Source of the DNA: Azolla caroliniana
Lineage: Eukaryota > Plantae > Polypodiophyta
Length of the DNA stretch: 64,000 nucleotides
Assembly (NCBI GenBank): GCA_043228905.1
Contig: JBHGNT010000022.1
Coordinates: forward strand, 4,588,001-4,652,000
Direction: 5' to 3'
The notes under the pieces were generated by a model. The model ran no database searches. It saw only the letters and a program-made list of their open reading frames with translations, and was not told the DNA's origin. The position numbers were made by a program, and so were the translations under genes. Shown in pieces: positions 28,488 through 39,200 of this stretch (positions within the stretch are counted from its first letter, which is position 1; the number at the start of each line of letters is the position of its first letter).

Positions 28488-28500
28488 CGCTTCTCCACCA
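28488..28500 (-). promoter_or_regulatory. Primer binding site, tRNA-Ala-like
   Basis: TGGTGGAGAAGCG lies 4 nt from the 5' LTR. Eukaryotic tRNA-Ala 3' ends read ...TCTCCACCA. Confidence 0.7.
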
Positions 28501-28787
28501 ATTATGTGAAATGCACATAAATGGAATCCAAACCAGCTTGCTTAGCTTCTTACTTCCTATTCAATAATTTATAGTCGTACAAAGGTACCCATTTGGGTTG
28601 GCTTTACTTAGCTACATGTGTCCTAACAAGGGTATGCTAAAAGGGTGGCTCAACGGAACACATGTACACCATAGCATGAAGGCATGCATGCTAAACAAGG
28701 GTATGCTGAAAGGGGCACAAAGGAACACATGCACACCCAACATGAAGGCATGCACTTGCATCCACGGGACACCACAATATTAATGTT

Positions 28788-29082
28788 AAACTCGTTGTCG
28801 TGTAAATGCACACTCGTGTGTTCCTCACATGGAACCACGAGGGACTTGAACTAGGGAGGAAATGATGCCCAATGAGAAGATTCTTCAAACAACTATCATG
28901 AAGCAATTTTGGTTCACCATATAAAAACAACTTCAAACGGTAAACTCGTTGTTGCGTAAACCCACACTCGTGTGCTACTTGAGTGGGACCTGAACCAAGG
29001 AGGACATGATGCTTAGTGAGAAGATTCTTCAAATTGCTGTCGTGAAGCAATTGCTTCATGATATAAAAACAAATTCAAATAT
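28788..29082. repeat. Old, diverged ~150-bp tandem duplication
   Basis: aaactcgttgt...cacactcgtgtg...tgagaagattcttcaaa...tgaagcaatt...atataaaaacaa occurs twice, starting at ~28788 and ~28942. Confidence 0.8.
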
Positions 29083-29723
29083 TACATCAAGTGACATTTG
29101 TGAGGCTAGAAATGGTAACCTTGGTTTTTAAGCCCCAAGTATGAACCATTAAGATAAGATCGTCTACAACTTATATTTAATGCTTACATATTATACATAT
29201 TGTTGAGCGAAAAGTCCTACCTCTTACTGTTGAGTCTCTAGTATGAAATCTCCCTTGCAGTTAGGGCTTAGTTCCCTCTTGTATAACAAGGAGGAATTCC
29301 TCTTTGCACAATTAGACGAATGTTAATACAAATCTTCTCTTTGTCATAACTATGTAATTGTCTTTCTTTGTATACTTTCTGTATATGTTGTATTCTTGAT
29401 ACTACACAGATCCTCATGCTTACTTTAAGTCTTGTCTATTCCTCAACAACATTCGTATTTGCTTCCGCATAAGCATATCCCAGTCAACCACAGTCGACCA
29501 GAAACACAATTGTCAACAAGTGGTATTAGAGCCGACCGAGGAGAACCGAATGAAGATTCCTCACCATTCGAGAAAATGCATCTTTCTTGGATACGGGATG
29601 GACAAGAATTTTGGCTATCGGCTATGGATAATGGGACCCAGAGAACAGGAAGCTGATCCGAAGTAGCGGTGTAGTCTTCAATCAAGACTCAATCAACTCG
29701 GTTTGAACTTAGGCCCGTGTCAG

Positions 29724-29755
<32 letters not shown>

Positions 29756-30877
29756 TATATTAACTTCTTCTAAGGCCAAATTTAGCCCATGAGACAATTG
29801 GTTTACAACAAAAATGAGTGTTTATCCAATCATCAAAACTAAAATAAAAGAAAATAGCTTAAGCTAAGAGAGTTCTAGTAGTGTACAAAACTTTGCACTA
29901 AGCCTAATCTCATTTCCACCCAAGTCTCTCAAAAAGAAGTGGGAGGTCAAAAGTTTTTGGTGTGGGTGTGACCCATGGTCCCGGTGTAGAGAGTGCCCTA
30001 GCCATGGCTTCTAGGTGGTGTAGTTCACGTTCCCTTATTTTCTTTATTGCTTCTACATCTCGTCGAGTTGCTTCGAAACCCGGCCTCCAAGGGCGTTTGG
30101 TTCTCCTTTGATTTTCTGCTTCATCAAGGAAAAGCCCGAGTGGTGCAGGTGTGTCGACATTCATTGTCTCCCCTTGTTCCTGAAAAACTTCATTTGTTAC
30201 ATGTTGGTAAACATTAGCAACATTATTATCAATGTTTTGTAACTTATTCTCTTTGTGTTGTTTCAATTCTAAGATGTATCTACCTAATTTCTTTATATCT
30301 AGTGTATCTAATAGTTTAGGGAGGGTGGGAGAGGAACCAAGTATGTCTTGGTATTTTGCCCTTATCTCGGCATAGGTGGGGCATTTCCATGTAAAATGGT
30401 ACTCATCCTCTATCTCTATGTGGCATAACCTACATATCCTTTCCTCCCTAGGGACTCCATTAGTACGTCCATTCTCAATCTCAAGTTGGTGAGATGATAT
30501 TCTAAGTTGACCAATGGCAACCCTTAGTGCATGTGGTAAGAATACATCTAGATATCTTGGCCGCGTGATAAAACCTAACTTAGAGAAGTGCATAAAGTGT
30601 TCCTTATAGTACAACATTTTAGATGGGAGTGGCTCTAGTGGGGTGATCCATTTATATTGAGTATAAATTTGCCATATTTCTTGGCGTATTACTTTATTAC
30701 GGTCCTCATGAGAGATTAAAGTGTTATCAGTCGTGTGGTCGTACTTAATGTCAGGAACTCTATTAAGGCAGAGAAGGAATTAGTACTAAAAGAAGGATTA
30801 GTACTATTGTTGGGGAATAGTACTAAGACAGAGAAGGATTAGTACTATGAGAGGTGTCGAACTTTGAGAGAAGGAAT

Positions 30878-30937
<60 letters not shown>

Positions 30938-31219
30938 TGATGCGAAAGATATATGTATTATATGACGGAAGATATACAACAGTAGTTAGAAGGCTTAAGA
31001 CTGGCGTTGAACCGATTTGGTTCGAACTAATGCCTTGCGCCTCCTTTTATAGTGTCTTCAGGAATACTCCTGAAGTTTCTAGAATGTTCCAGAGAAATCT
31101 GGAATATACATCAATTTCCCAATAAAACCTAAATGAAAATAATATCCTTCAAATTACAATTCATACCCTAATGGTAAAGTCTCGACCCGTGTAACAAAAG
31201 GTTATGGGTTCGAGTCTAG

Positions 31220-34200
31220 TTATGACACTATCCCCCCTTTAAAACGACGAGTTTCACGAGTCGTTTTGGATTGAGGACCCGGTTTCTCGGGATATCGTCG
31301 ATGGAAGTCTTCTAGAAGAGCACGAGCATTGGTCACATTCTGGATCGGTTCCCAAGTACGCTCGCTGGGACTATATCCTAGCCAATCGACTAGATAGTAG
31401 AGCTTGTTGCGAACAATCTTGGAATCGAGGATGGCAGCGACCTCATACTCAGGTCCATCTTCGAGCTCGATAGGAGGTGGAGGTTGTATAGTACGTCCTG
31501 GGATAGTGCTCTCGTGATAGGGTTCGAGGAGAGAACTATGAAACACCGGGTGTATCCGAAGTTGCGGAGGTAGCTCGAGACGAAAAGCGACATCATTAAT
31601 CTTCCCGATAATACGGAAAGGACCTAATCGCCGATAATCCAACTTCTCACATGGGCGAGTAGTCTTGATGTGTCGTCGTAGCAGCCACACCCGATCTCCA
31701 ATGTTAAAACTGGATGGAAGTCGATGACGATCTGCGTAGTCCTTGTGTGATTGTTGAGCTTGCTGGAGTTGAGTAGATAAATCCGCTTGTATCTTGCGTA
31801 ACCGCTCCAAACGATCCTCCGCGCAAGGATTTGTGGACACTTCTGGGGTTTCAAGGACACACCACCGGGGATGATATCCCGTATAAGCGTAGAATGGCGT
31901 GACTTTAGTCGATGCGTGGATAGCGTTATTATAGGCAAATTCGGCGAACTGAAGAATATCTGCCCAGTCATTCTGATGATAGTTGAGAAAGCACCGCAGA
32001 TACTGCTCCAGTGTTTGATTTGTTCGTTCGGCTTGACCGTCGGTTTGTGGGTGGTAGCCGGAGGAGAGGTTACAAGTGACCTTCAGCATTTTAAAAAGGT
32101 GCTTCCAGAATTTTGACACAAACTGGGGTCCACGATCGCTGATGATATTATCAGGGAGTCCATGATGCCGACATACTTCCCGCATGACAATTTCGGCGGT
32201 GTCTTCACTAGATATTTCTTTAGTACATGGTAAGAAATGAGCCATCTTCGTATATCGATCCACCACTGTGAGAATCGCACTGAATCCCTTAGAGACTGGA
32301 AGATCTGTAATGAAGTCAAGAGCAATGGATTGCCATGGCTTGCTTGGAATTGGTAATGGTTCTAATAAACCATATGGATGATGTCTTGGCATTTTCACTC
32401 TGCAGCATGTATCGCAAGTCCGAACAAAATCTTCGACAAATTGTCGCATACGGGGCCACCAGAATGATCGTTGTACTAAATCTAATGTTTTAGTACTACC
32501 AAAATGTCCTGCTGTATATGTGTCATGGCAGTTTTGTACTACTCGAAGGCGGCAAGAACCATTAGGAACATACAAAAGTCCTTTAAAGAAGAGTAATCCA
32601 TCACAGTATTTGAATTGCCGATAATCCGTACCTGGTGATTGTGATTGTGAACATGACGCTCGAGAGGGGTCAATTTGTGCTAGTATAGCTTGGGCGAAAG
32701 CGTCAGTCTTCAAGTCCTCACGTATAGTATTGGTAATGTCGGAATCCACGGGCATGTCAAAGACCTGTGCTGCTTGCAGTCGTGCTGGACCCAAGATTAC
32801 TTGCTTCTGGTTATCGAAAGCTGGCTCACCGGGACGTGGTGTTAGATACGAACGCCGTGATAATGCATCTGCCTTCCCTTGGTGCTTCCCCGGACGATAT
32901 GTAATTTTGAAGTCGAAGCGTGTGAGGAAGTGGGCCCACCGAGCTTGACGTCGATTCAGTACACGAGCATCTTGAAAGTAGGCAAGGTTCTTGTGGTCAC
33001 TGAATACAGTGACCTGATGAGGAGATCCCTCCAGGAAATGCCTCCATTGCATAAAAGAATCAACTATTGCTAATAGCTCTTTATCATGAATTTCGTAGTT
33101 GATTTCGGCGGCGTCAAACTTACGGGAGTGGAAAGCCACAGGATGTAGCTTCTCGTCGTTACCCTGTTGTGACAGAATGCTCCCCAATGCGAAATCCGAT
33201 GCATCAGCTTCGATAATGAATGGTTTTTCCGGATCCACATGACCTAAAATTGGAGCTGATGTAAACGCCTTCTTAAGACTCTCGAAAGCCATGTCCGTCT
33301 CTTTAGACCAAATGAATGATTGTCCCTTCCTGGTGAGCTGTGTGAGAGGCAGCACAATTTTTGAGTAATTTTGTATGAACTTCCGGTAGAAATTTGCAAA
33401 GCCTAGGAAGCATTGCACATCCCGCACCGAACGCGGAGTGTGCCATTCTATCACCGTTTTGACCTTGGCTGGGTCCATAGATATGCCTTCTGAGGAGATG
33501 ACATAGCCGAGAAACTCCACTTGGTTGCACCCGAAACTACATTTCTCTAACTTTGCATACAGACCATGTTCTCGAAGTCGTTTTAGTACTAATAGTACAT
33601 GAGAATCATGTTCTTCTTGGGTCTTTGAATAAACCAGTAGATCATCCAAATAGATGATCAAAAAATCATCCAAGAGATCTCGAAATATATCATTCGCCAT
33701 GTGCTGGAAGACTGCCGGCGCATTAGTGAGTCCGAACGGCATGACCGTATACTCGAAGTGCCCATATCTGGTGCGAAACGCGGTCTTCCATTCATCTCCT
33801 GGTCGGATCCGTACGAGGTTATAGGCTCCTCGTAAGTCTATCTTCGTGAAGAACCTGGCACCGTTGATCCGTTCTAAAAGACTTGAGATAAGGGGAAGAG
33901 CATACCTATTTCTTACTGTGACCTTATTCAAGCCACGGTAATCTACAACGAGTCGAAGCGAGCCATCTTTTTTCTTGACGAAGAAAATGGGTGCGCCGGC
34001 TGGAGATTTCGAATGCCGAATGAAACCGTTCTCCAAATTCTCCTCTATATAGGCTCGAAGGACTTCTAGCTCGGTTGGTGACAAATTGTAGATCGGCCCC
34101 CATGGCGGCTCTTTTCCCGGTTGTAAGTCGATGGCGCAGTCGTACGGCCGATGATGAGGAAGTGTGTTGGCTTGTACTTTATTGAACAAATCAGCATACT

Positions 34201-34777
34201 GACGATACTTCTCGGGAAGTTGAACGGTGGACTCCTCTTTGGTGGTGCTGGAGGGTTGTACTGATATTGCAAAGAGAAACATTTCCTCCTTGCGCCCTTC
34301 CTCACGCAACTGACGTAGCGAAATGGTTGCAACCTTCTGGGTAGATCCTTGGGTTTGTCGCAACCGGATTTCCCTTGTCCTCCAATCTATGTCTGGGTCA
34401 TGTAACTCGAACCATGGTAATCCTAAAACTATGGGATGTTCTGGAATACTAATAATATTAAATGATACTACACATGTTAAGTTATCTAGGACAATATTAA
34501 CGGGTTCCGACTCTTCTATGATATTACCAGAAGCAATGGGACGACCATCAATGACTACTACTGAGGCTGGACATGGGAGCTTTCTGAGAGATATCTGATG
34601 AGCTCGGGCAAAATTCCTATCCATGAAGCAAGAATTAGCTCCGGAATCTAGAAGGGCTAAGGTATGTACTGGAGGGGTACTTTTAGTACTAACTGCTACT
34701 TGGGCTACGAACACATCACTAACTTGCTTAGAGGGAATGGAACCACTAATGGGCTGCACAGATCTAGGGCTGTCCAA
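31220..34777 (-). CDS. pol: Pol polyprotein PR-RT-RNase H-integrase-chromodomain, probably expressed by -1 frameshift from gag (frame open to ~34833)
   Basis: 1185-aa intact ORF with LLDSGA, VDYRGLN, YLDD, IEADASD, HDTYTAGH...C..C, DF/SDRG/ER, GPF, and the chromodomain YEVAAILD...YYLVDWLGY...TWEP. Confidence 0.97.
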   Translation of the reverse strand: MDSPRSVQPISGSIPSKQVSDVFVAQVAVSTKSTPPVHTLALLDSGANSCFMDRNFARAHQISLRKLPCPASVVVIDGRPIASGNIIEESEPVNIVLDNLTCVVSFNIISIPEHPIVLGLPWFELHDPDIDWRTREIRLRQTQGSTQKVATISLRQLREEGRKEEMFLFAISVQPSSTTKEESTVQLPEKYRQYADLFNKVQANTLPHHRPYDCAIDLQPGKEPPWGPIYNLSPTELEVLRAYIEENLENGFIRHSKSPAGAPIFFVKKKDGSLRLVVDYRGLNKVTVRNRYALPLISSLLERINGARFFTKIDLRGAYNLVRIRPGDEWKTAFRTRYGHFEYTVMPFGLTNAPAVFQHMANDIFRDLLDDFLIIYLDDLLVYSKTQEEHDSHVLLVLKRLREHGLYAKLEKCSFGCNQVEFLGYVISSEGISMDPAKVKTVIEWHTPRSVRDVQCFLGFANFYRKFIQNYSKIVLPLTQLTRKGQSFIWSKETDMAFESLKKAFTSAPILGHVDPEKPFIIEADASDFALGSILSQQGNDEKLHPVAFHSRKFDAAEINYEIHDKELLAIVDSFMQWRHFLEGSPHQVTVFSDHKNLAYFQDARVLNRRQARWAHFLTRFDFKITYRPGKHQGKADALSRRSYLTPRPGEPAFDNQKQVILGPARLQAAQVFDMPVDSDITNTIREDLKTDAFAQAILAQIDPSRASCSQSQSPGTDYRQFKYCDGLLFFKGLLYVPNGSCRLRVVQNCHDTYTAGHFGSTKTLDLVQRSFWWPRMRQFVEDFVRTCDTCCRVKMPRHHPYGLLEPLPIPSKPWQSIALDFITDLPVSKGFSAILTVVDRYTKMAHFLPCTKEISSEDTAEIVMREVCRHHGLPDNIISDRGPQFVSKFWKHLFKMLKVTCNLSSGYHPQTDGQAERTNQTLEQYLRCFLNYHQNDWADILQFAEFAYNNAIHASTKVTPFYAYTGYHPRWCVLETPEVSTNPCAEDRLERLRKIQADLSTQLQQAQQSHKDYADRHRLPSSFNIGDRVWLLRRHIKTTRPCEKLDYRRLGPFRIIGKINDVAFRLELPPQLRIHPVFHSSLLEPYHESTIPGRTIQPPPPIELEDGPEYEVAAILDSKIVRNKLYYLVDWLGYSPSERTWEPIQNVTNARALLEDFHRRYPEKPGPQSKTTRETRRFKGGIVS

Positions 34778-34816
34778 CCAAACGGCTCCTATTTTGGCTG
34801 GACTTAGTCGTTTAAC
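34764..34816 (-). promoter_or_regulatory. Putative -1 ribosomal frameshift signal (slippery G_UUA_AAC plus stem-loop/pseudoknot)
   Basis: GTTAAAC is in the gag frame just before the gag stop, followed by a 6-nt spacer and an 11-bp stem GTCCAGCCAAA/TTTGGTTGGAC. Loop TAGG can pair with downstream CCTA, and pol is in the -1 frame. Confidence 0.75.
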
Positions 34817-35973
34817 TCTTCTTCTAATTGGCTAAGGACATCAAATTTGTTTGCGAGATTCAGACTATTAGTACTATTAGGACTATTATGACTATGAGGA
34901 TTATCAGAGATTCCTACTGAAATAGACTCGGGTTTAGTATAGTCAGAACTAACAATGACTTGGTTTACCTGCCTTCTTGGTCTATGGGGACAGTTTATCG
35001 CGATATGCCCTGGTCCACCGCAATAAAGGCATAATCGGTTTGTTCGGCGTCGTTGCTTTTCCTCCTCCGATAGCGGCCCACGACGACGTGTAGTGTCAAT
35101 TTCCATTGGAGTTGGAGTACTTACTGGAGGCGCATTATGTGACTCCCTTTGAAAAGGTTTCGCTACCACTGAGGCATAGGTAGGCTCGGATCTTGCCCTC
35201 GGCATCTGAAATTGTCGTTCCGAACGTCGCTCGAAGAGGCGGTTGTCACATCTGACCGCTCGATTGATTGCTTCTGTTAATGATTTTGGCTCTTCAGGGA
35301 AAGTCAAGAGTAAATCCTTGACATCGTTGCGTAGACCATAGCGGAACTGCTCCATCAATGCTTGATCATCCCAGGGGATATCGGCGGCGAGTAGGCGGAA
35401 ATCTGCAGCATATGCGGAGGCTGGACGGTCACCTTGGCGTAATCGCCGGATTTTGTTGATTGCAGTCCTTATGCTGTCAGTATCTCCAAAACATGCTTTA
35501 AACTCACTTATGAATTCTTCAAAATTATTTAGTACTGGAGATTCCTTTTCTAGTAGCGGAGCGAACCATGCTAATGCTGAGCCATTTAACAACGTGCCTA
35601 CTAAACCCACTCGTGATGCATCGGTGGGATATCGGGACGGATGCATTTGAATAACTAACCGTACCTGGTTAAGAAACCCTCTAAACTGCGATCGCGTTCC
35701 ATCGAACTTCGTGGGAAGGCCAATCTTGGGTTCTTTATGAATCCCTTGTGCTCCGTGCCCTTGTTGTTGCATTGCTACGATGGTTGCTTCGAGTTGTTGC
35801 ACGCGTAACGCAAGTTCCCCATGCTGTTGTTGCGTTTGCTGCTTTTCTAAGGAAATTTGCTGAAGATCCCCCAACAAGCGTTGATTTTCTTGTTCCAAAG
35901 CATGAAACTTCTCTTTTAAGCATTGAAATTCCGAGAAAACGGATTGATACTCTTCAACGCTAACGGTGGCCAT
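34804..35973 (-). CDS. gag: Gag (N-terminal coiled coil, retrotransposon gag domain, CCHC zinc knuckle)
   Basis: 389-aa intact ORF with PTKFDG, LRQG, TPMEID and CLYCGGPGHIAINC. Confidence 0.95.
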   Translation of the reverse strand: MATVSVEEYQSVFSEFQCLKEKFHALEQENQRLLGDLQQISLEKQQTQQQHGELALRVQQLEATIVAMQQQGHGAQGIHKEPKIGLPTKFDGTRSQFRGFLNQVRLVIQMHPSRYPTDASRVGLVGTLLNGSALAWFAPLLEKESPVLNNFEEFISEFKACFGDTDSIRTAINKIRRLRQGDRPASAYAADFRLLAADIPWDDQALMEQFRYGLRNDVKDLLLTFPEEPKSLTEAINRAVRCDNRLFERRSERQFQMPRARSEPTYASVVAKPFQRESHNAPPVSTPTPMEIDTTRRRGPLSEEEKQRRRTNRLCLYCGGPGHIAINCPHRPRRQVNQVIVSSDYTKPESISVGISDNPHSHNSPNSTNSLNLANKFDVLSQLEEELND

Positions 35974-36047
35974 GGGATGAAGGAAAAGGGAAATAAGAGA
36001 CTAGTAGGAAAGGAGGGAGACAGAAGGAAGAGGGAGACTAGTAGACA

Positions 36048-36059
36048 AAATCGGTTCAA
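36048..36059 (-). promoter_or_regulatory. Self-priming PBS complementary to the element's own LTR
   Basis: The PBS position reads TTGAACCGATTT (no TGG). It is the exact complement of AAATCGGTTCAA in the LTR (36302-36313), ~30 nt downstream of TATAAAA (36340-36346). Confidence 0.85.
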
Positions 36060-36190
36060 ACTGTCAGGAACTCTATTAAGGCAGAGAAGGAATTAGTACT
36101 AAAAGAAGGATTAGTACTATTGTTGGGGAATAGTACTAAGACAGAGAAGGATTAGTACTATGAGAGGTGTCGAACTTTGAGAGAAGGAAT

Positions 36191-36232
<42 letters not shown>

Positions 36233-39200
36233 TGATGCGAAAGATATATGTATTATATGACGGAAGATATACAACAGTAGTTAGAAGGCTTAAGACTGGC
36301 GTTGAACCGATTTGGTTCGAACTAATGCCTTGCGCCTCCTTTTATAGTGTCTTCAGGAATACTCCTGAAGTTTCTAGAATGTTCCAGAGAAATCTGGAAT
36401 ATACATCAATTTCCCAATAAAACCTAAATGAAAATAATATCCTTCAAATTACAATTCATACCCTAATGGTAAAGTCTCGACCCGTGTAACAAAAGGTTAT
36501 GGGTTCGAGTCTAGTTATGACACTTAAGGGCGGGGGGAGGTTATTAATGTCTAGACTGTTGGCAAGAAGCCAACTCACCATCATGCCATACCATGAGCTA
36601 GTATAGCCGGACTCATACAGTGCTCGAGAAGCCTTAAAGGTTTGATGGGAAATTCTATCAAGTGGTTGGTTATGTATCCTGTGGATAAAGACTACAAGTT
36701 GAAAAAGTGCTTCTACTAACATAGGGGGTAGAGTGAACTCAACCCTAATAATGTCATGTGGGACCGACGATTTGCTTCGGAGTTGGCGTGATAACATCAT
36801 CACCAATGGTCTCTCTAATTGCGTCCACATGAAAGATGGTAGTCCTGTAGCCCAAACTGCTGATGCATACATGAGAGAGGGAGTCACTAATGAGTCAAAG
36901 AGCCACCCTTTAGTTCGTGGCTCTTGGAAGTATGCTTGGTGGCATTGTCTCTCGAGGAGTGAGAGGGATGCATGTCCTCTTGTAAGTCTATCCTTCGCTG
37001 CTTGTGTCATCGAAAATTTACTTGAGCGGGCACTAAAAGTGACTCCGAGATAGACATATGATCCAACCACCTCAACTGGGCTATGGGAGGTAGTTAGGTG
37101 ACACTTAGCTCTAACTTGGGCCGACGTGTGGAAGTTCACTACCAATCCTCGTTGTGTGCAAAAGTCATCTAAGGCATTAAGGTGCCTTTGTAGGTCGTGT
37201 TTGGATTTAGAGAGCAAAACTATGTCGTCTGCATAGAGCAAGATACGCACCTGCGTATCCCCAAGGACTACTCCATTGCCTCCCTTACGAGCAATAAAAT
37301 TTGTGATCTCATCAATGTAGATCCCAAAAAGAGTCGGAGATAAGGGGCAACCTTGTTTTACACCAATAGTGCTAGTGAAACTATCGGATATGCCACTTGG
37401 ACACTTGTTCATATAGTGCATAGATGGCCCAAACCATGTCATCTAGTATCCTCAAGCTCTTAAGTCTATCAAACAACCGCTCTCTAGGGACCGTGTCAAA
37501 GGCTTTGCGGAAGTCCACAAAACAACAATATCGTTTCTTCTTGCGAGCCTTAGTCTGGTCAATTAAGCATCTAAGTGTGAAGATATGATCAATAGTGGAG
37601 AAGGCTCGACGAAAGCCAGCCATATCAGGTGCACGAAGATTTAAGGTCTCCATATAATCGCTAAGCTCTGCCTCCATTACCGTACCATATAATTTAGCAA
37701 GGGTATGACCTATCATAATGGTCCTATAAGTATTTGGGTCCATGGGGTCCCCCCTTTATGTATGGGGGCCACTGTGTTCATGGTCCATTGTGGTGGAAAA
37801 CCCTCTGCGAGGGCACGATGAAAGATTAGAGTTAGCAAGGGAGCTAGGCACTCTCTTGCATATATGATGTGTTCTGCTCGCAATCCTGTGTGGTCCATGG
37901 ACTTCCTATGTTGTAATTTCTTTATGACCTTCGTGACCCTAGAGGTCATGAAGAATGTCCCCACAGTAGGTCGGGGTGTAGAAGGCATTAGAATGGGTGG
38001 TTGGTTTGGGATTTGGTAAAGTCTCTCTGTATAAGTGTGCCAAGTTTCGGGATCTTTGATGGGTGTTTCTGGTCTTGGTTCCCATAATCTCTTCCATGTA
38101 GTGGCACAATCGCTACTCATGAGCATATGGTAGAGTTCCCAATATTGGGATGCCTCCCATGCTCGTCTCTTACGACGTGTCATCTTGCGCATTTCTTTAC
38201 AAGCTTGTACTGAGGTAATACTACCACTGAGTTGCGATATTGTAAGTTGTCTATGTAAGCACCTACAATCCTCATCATACCATCTATTTTGTGGCATAGA
38301 TCCTACTTTACCTTGATTGGAGTGTTTCGTGTATGGGAAACTGCTAACTGCTGCAGAGTGAAGGATGTGTGTGAGTTTCGTACTAAGGCTCTCTAAAGGT
38401 AGGGAGGGATCAAGGGAGGAGAGATGGGCTTGAACATGTCGAGCATATATGTCAGAGAGCTCATGTGTGAAATGTATTGTGATGTCATTGCGTGGTTGAC
38501 TAGAGTTGGTGACGTTAGAGATATTGCATTTTAGCTCGAAGTATAAGAAACTATGGTCCGCGCAAATAGGACATGGGGCCACTCGGAAGGAGTTAATCAT
38601 GTGGGTAGCTTTAGGGCGTCCTATTAGATAATTAACTGTGCTTTCCCCTCCATGTGGGAAACATGTGAGCTCTTCCGAACCTGGCCACTTGGCTAAACCA
38701 TTATATATGACCATCTGGTGCCGACTACCAAGTTCGAGGAAATGATGGCCAAAGCTCATGGCGTCCGCACCTTGATCCTTTGATTTACGTGTGGTGCCTG
38801 TGTCTAAAGGATCGACATTTACCATTTCTAGATTTCTATTCATTTGAAATATTGTGCATTGTCGGGATTGGGTTCTCGCATTAAAGTCTCTTACAAGGAA
38901 TACTTCTCCTTGGGAAGAATATCGGATTATGTCATCCGATAGAGGTTCATATGGGGAAGGCCCATGTGGCACTCCTTCATCAACTAATCTTGCCTCGCCA
39001 ACCAGATTATAACGAGAGCCTTTCGGGGGGAAGTAACAAATGGCGAAAAATATTGCCTTGTCCTTGCTTGTGGAGACTTTCACCCACATAAAACGAGCTT
39101 CTGGGTCTGTGCTCAGTATTTCTATCCTGTTATGTAGCTCCCTCCGAAACAATATTGCGACACCTCCAGATCCCCTGGTAGTGCATCGACGTGAGGTTTC

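Larger units (their letters stand above)
24032..28776 (-). mobile_element. Ty3/gypsy LTR retrotransposon without chromodomain, full-length but decayed (Gypsy-A)
   Basis: LTRs at 24032-24300 and 28505-28776 (TG...CA), TSD ATAT (24028-24031 and 28777-28780), PPT (tttcccccct from 24301), PBS TGGTGGAGAAGCG (reverse complement of 28488-28500), and domain order gag-PR-RT-RH-INT. Confidence 0.95.
30749..36522 (-). mobile_element. Intact chromoviral Ty3/gypsy element (Tcn1/Tf1-sushi-like), very recent insertion
   Basis: LTRs 30749-31227 and 36062-36522 are identical by eye except for (GA)n length. TSD CTTAA (30744-30748 and 36523-36527), PPT AAAGGGGGGATAG next to the 3' LTR, uninterrupted gag and pol, and a C-terminal chromodomain. 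Confidence 0.98.
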
